Assembly (NCBI RefSeq): GCF_018350175.1
Contig: NC_058368.1
Coordinates: 233,742,001 to 233,806,000 of the forward strand
Direction: 5' to 3'
From: Felis catus
Lineage: Eukaryota
Length of the DNA stretch: 64,000 nt
The notes below the pieces were generated by a model. That model was not told the origin of the DNA. It ran no database searches and saw only the letters and a list, made by a program, of their open reading frames with translations. Shown here one piece after another: positions 63,262 to 64,000 of the stretch. The position numbers and the translations under genes were made by a program. Position 1 is the stretch's first letter. Every line of letters begins with the position of its first letter.

Positions 63262-64000
63262 TAAATAAACTTAACTTTTTTTAAAAAAAAAGAACCTGTC
63301 ATTTCTATGAGGGAAAAAAAGACATGATATACCAAGTCAAAAGAAAAGAGATAAAATGCTAATAATAATAGAAATTTCTGATCAAAGAAATCTCTCTCAT
63401 GTTGACAACAAAAAGACAAAGTACCTAATAAAAATGGGCAAAGAATAAAGAAAGGCAGGACATTACAAGAGGCTAAAATATTTAATTACCACTTAATATC
63501 ACAGTTATTACTCAAAATAAGTACAAATTCTTGCAATACTATGGCACCATTTTTCAGCAATTACCTGTGCAAATATTTTAAGCTTATAATATACAGCATT
63601 AAAGAGAATGAGAGAGAAAAAGAACTCTCATGAACTTTTGGCAGAAAATCATGAATCGGAATGAACTTTTTGGAAGGATAATTTGATAATATCTATCAAC
63701 ATTTAAAATTTACATGTAGTACTTATAAAACTGTTTCCTACAGATATTTGAGTATACATAAACACATGCATATAAAGATGTTAGTAATAGTACTTTTGCA
63801 ATATTAAAAAATAGAGAAAATCTAAATGTCTACCAACAGGAAACTAATGAATTAACTAATGAAACATAGTTACTTTTAATGGAATGGTGGATGGCCTTTA
63901 AAAAGAATAATACAGATCTACTCATATAGGGAAATGTTAAAGACACAAAGTATAAATGCAAGTTGCAGAGAAGTATACATGTATGATACTCCATGTATAC
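63020..64000 (+). mobile_element. Ancient L1M 3' region
   Basis: aaaaatgggcaaagaa, ctttttggaaggataatttg..tatctatc, aaatctaaatgtctaccaacagg. Confidence 0.65.
63069..63290 (+). mobile_element. CAN-SINE with (CT)n(CA)n
   Basis: TSD agaac(t/c)tg(c/t)catttc. Confidence 0.9.

Noticed and set aside
4347..63290. tRNA-like A/B-box sequences
   Set aside because: They are heads of tRNA-derived CAN-SINEs followed by (CT)n and A tails, not tRNA genes.
1..64000. A previously undescribed multi-gene biological system
   Set aside because: Everything with coding character is explained by two ADCY2 exons and decayed L1 or ERVL sequence; no intact novel ORF or RNA gene is supported.

Overview
This is mammalian genomic DNA, almost certainly felid, because it carries dozens of feline-type tRNA-derived CAN-SINEs and carnivore L1s. 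The only supported gene is the 5' end of adenylate cyclase 2 (ADCY2) on the minus strand: a CpG-island promoter (~34.0-36.6 kb), coding exon 1 (34453-34683), a 22.4-kb intron 1, coding exon 2 (11843-12040), and the start of intron 2, which runs off the left edge. The region right of ~36.6 kb is upstream, apparently intergenic. The rest of the window is a dense record of transposable elements (SINEC, L1, MIR, L2, MaLR and ERVL pieces, MER20, MER58, Tigger1) plus microsatellites. I found no evidence of a new multi-gene system; nearly all ORF-track entries come from repeats or GC-rich sequence. The most unusual features are retrotransposition and repair scars: an L1 with a perfect 87-bp target-site duplication (TSD) nested in an older 5'-inverted L1, a template-switched chimeric L1, a poly(A)-only insertion, a 125-bp templated copy from 4.5 kb away, and triple-nested SINEs. 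ADCY2 itself has a 10-Ala tract. Repeat family names and ortholog comparisons are from memory, not database searches, and boundaries of old repeats are approximate.
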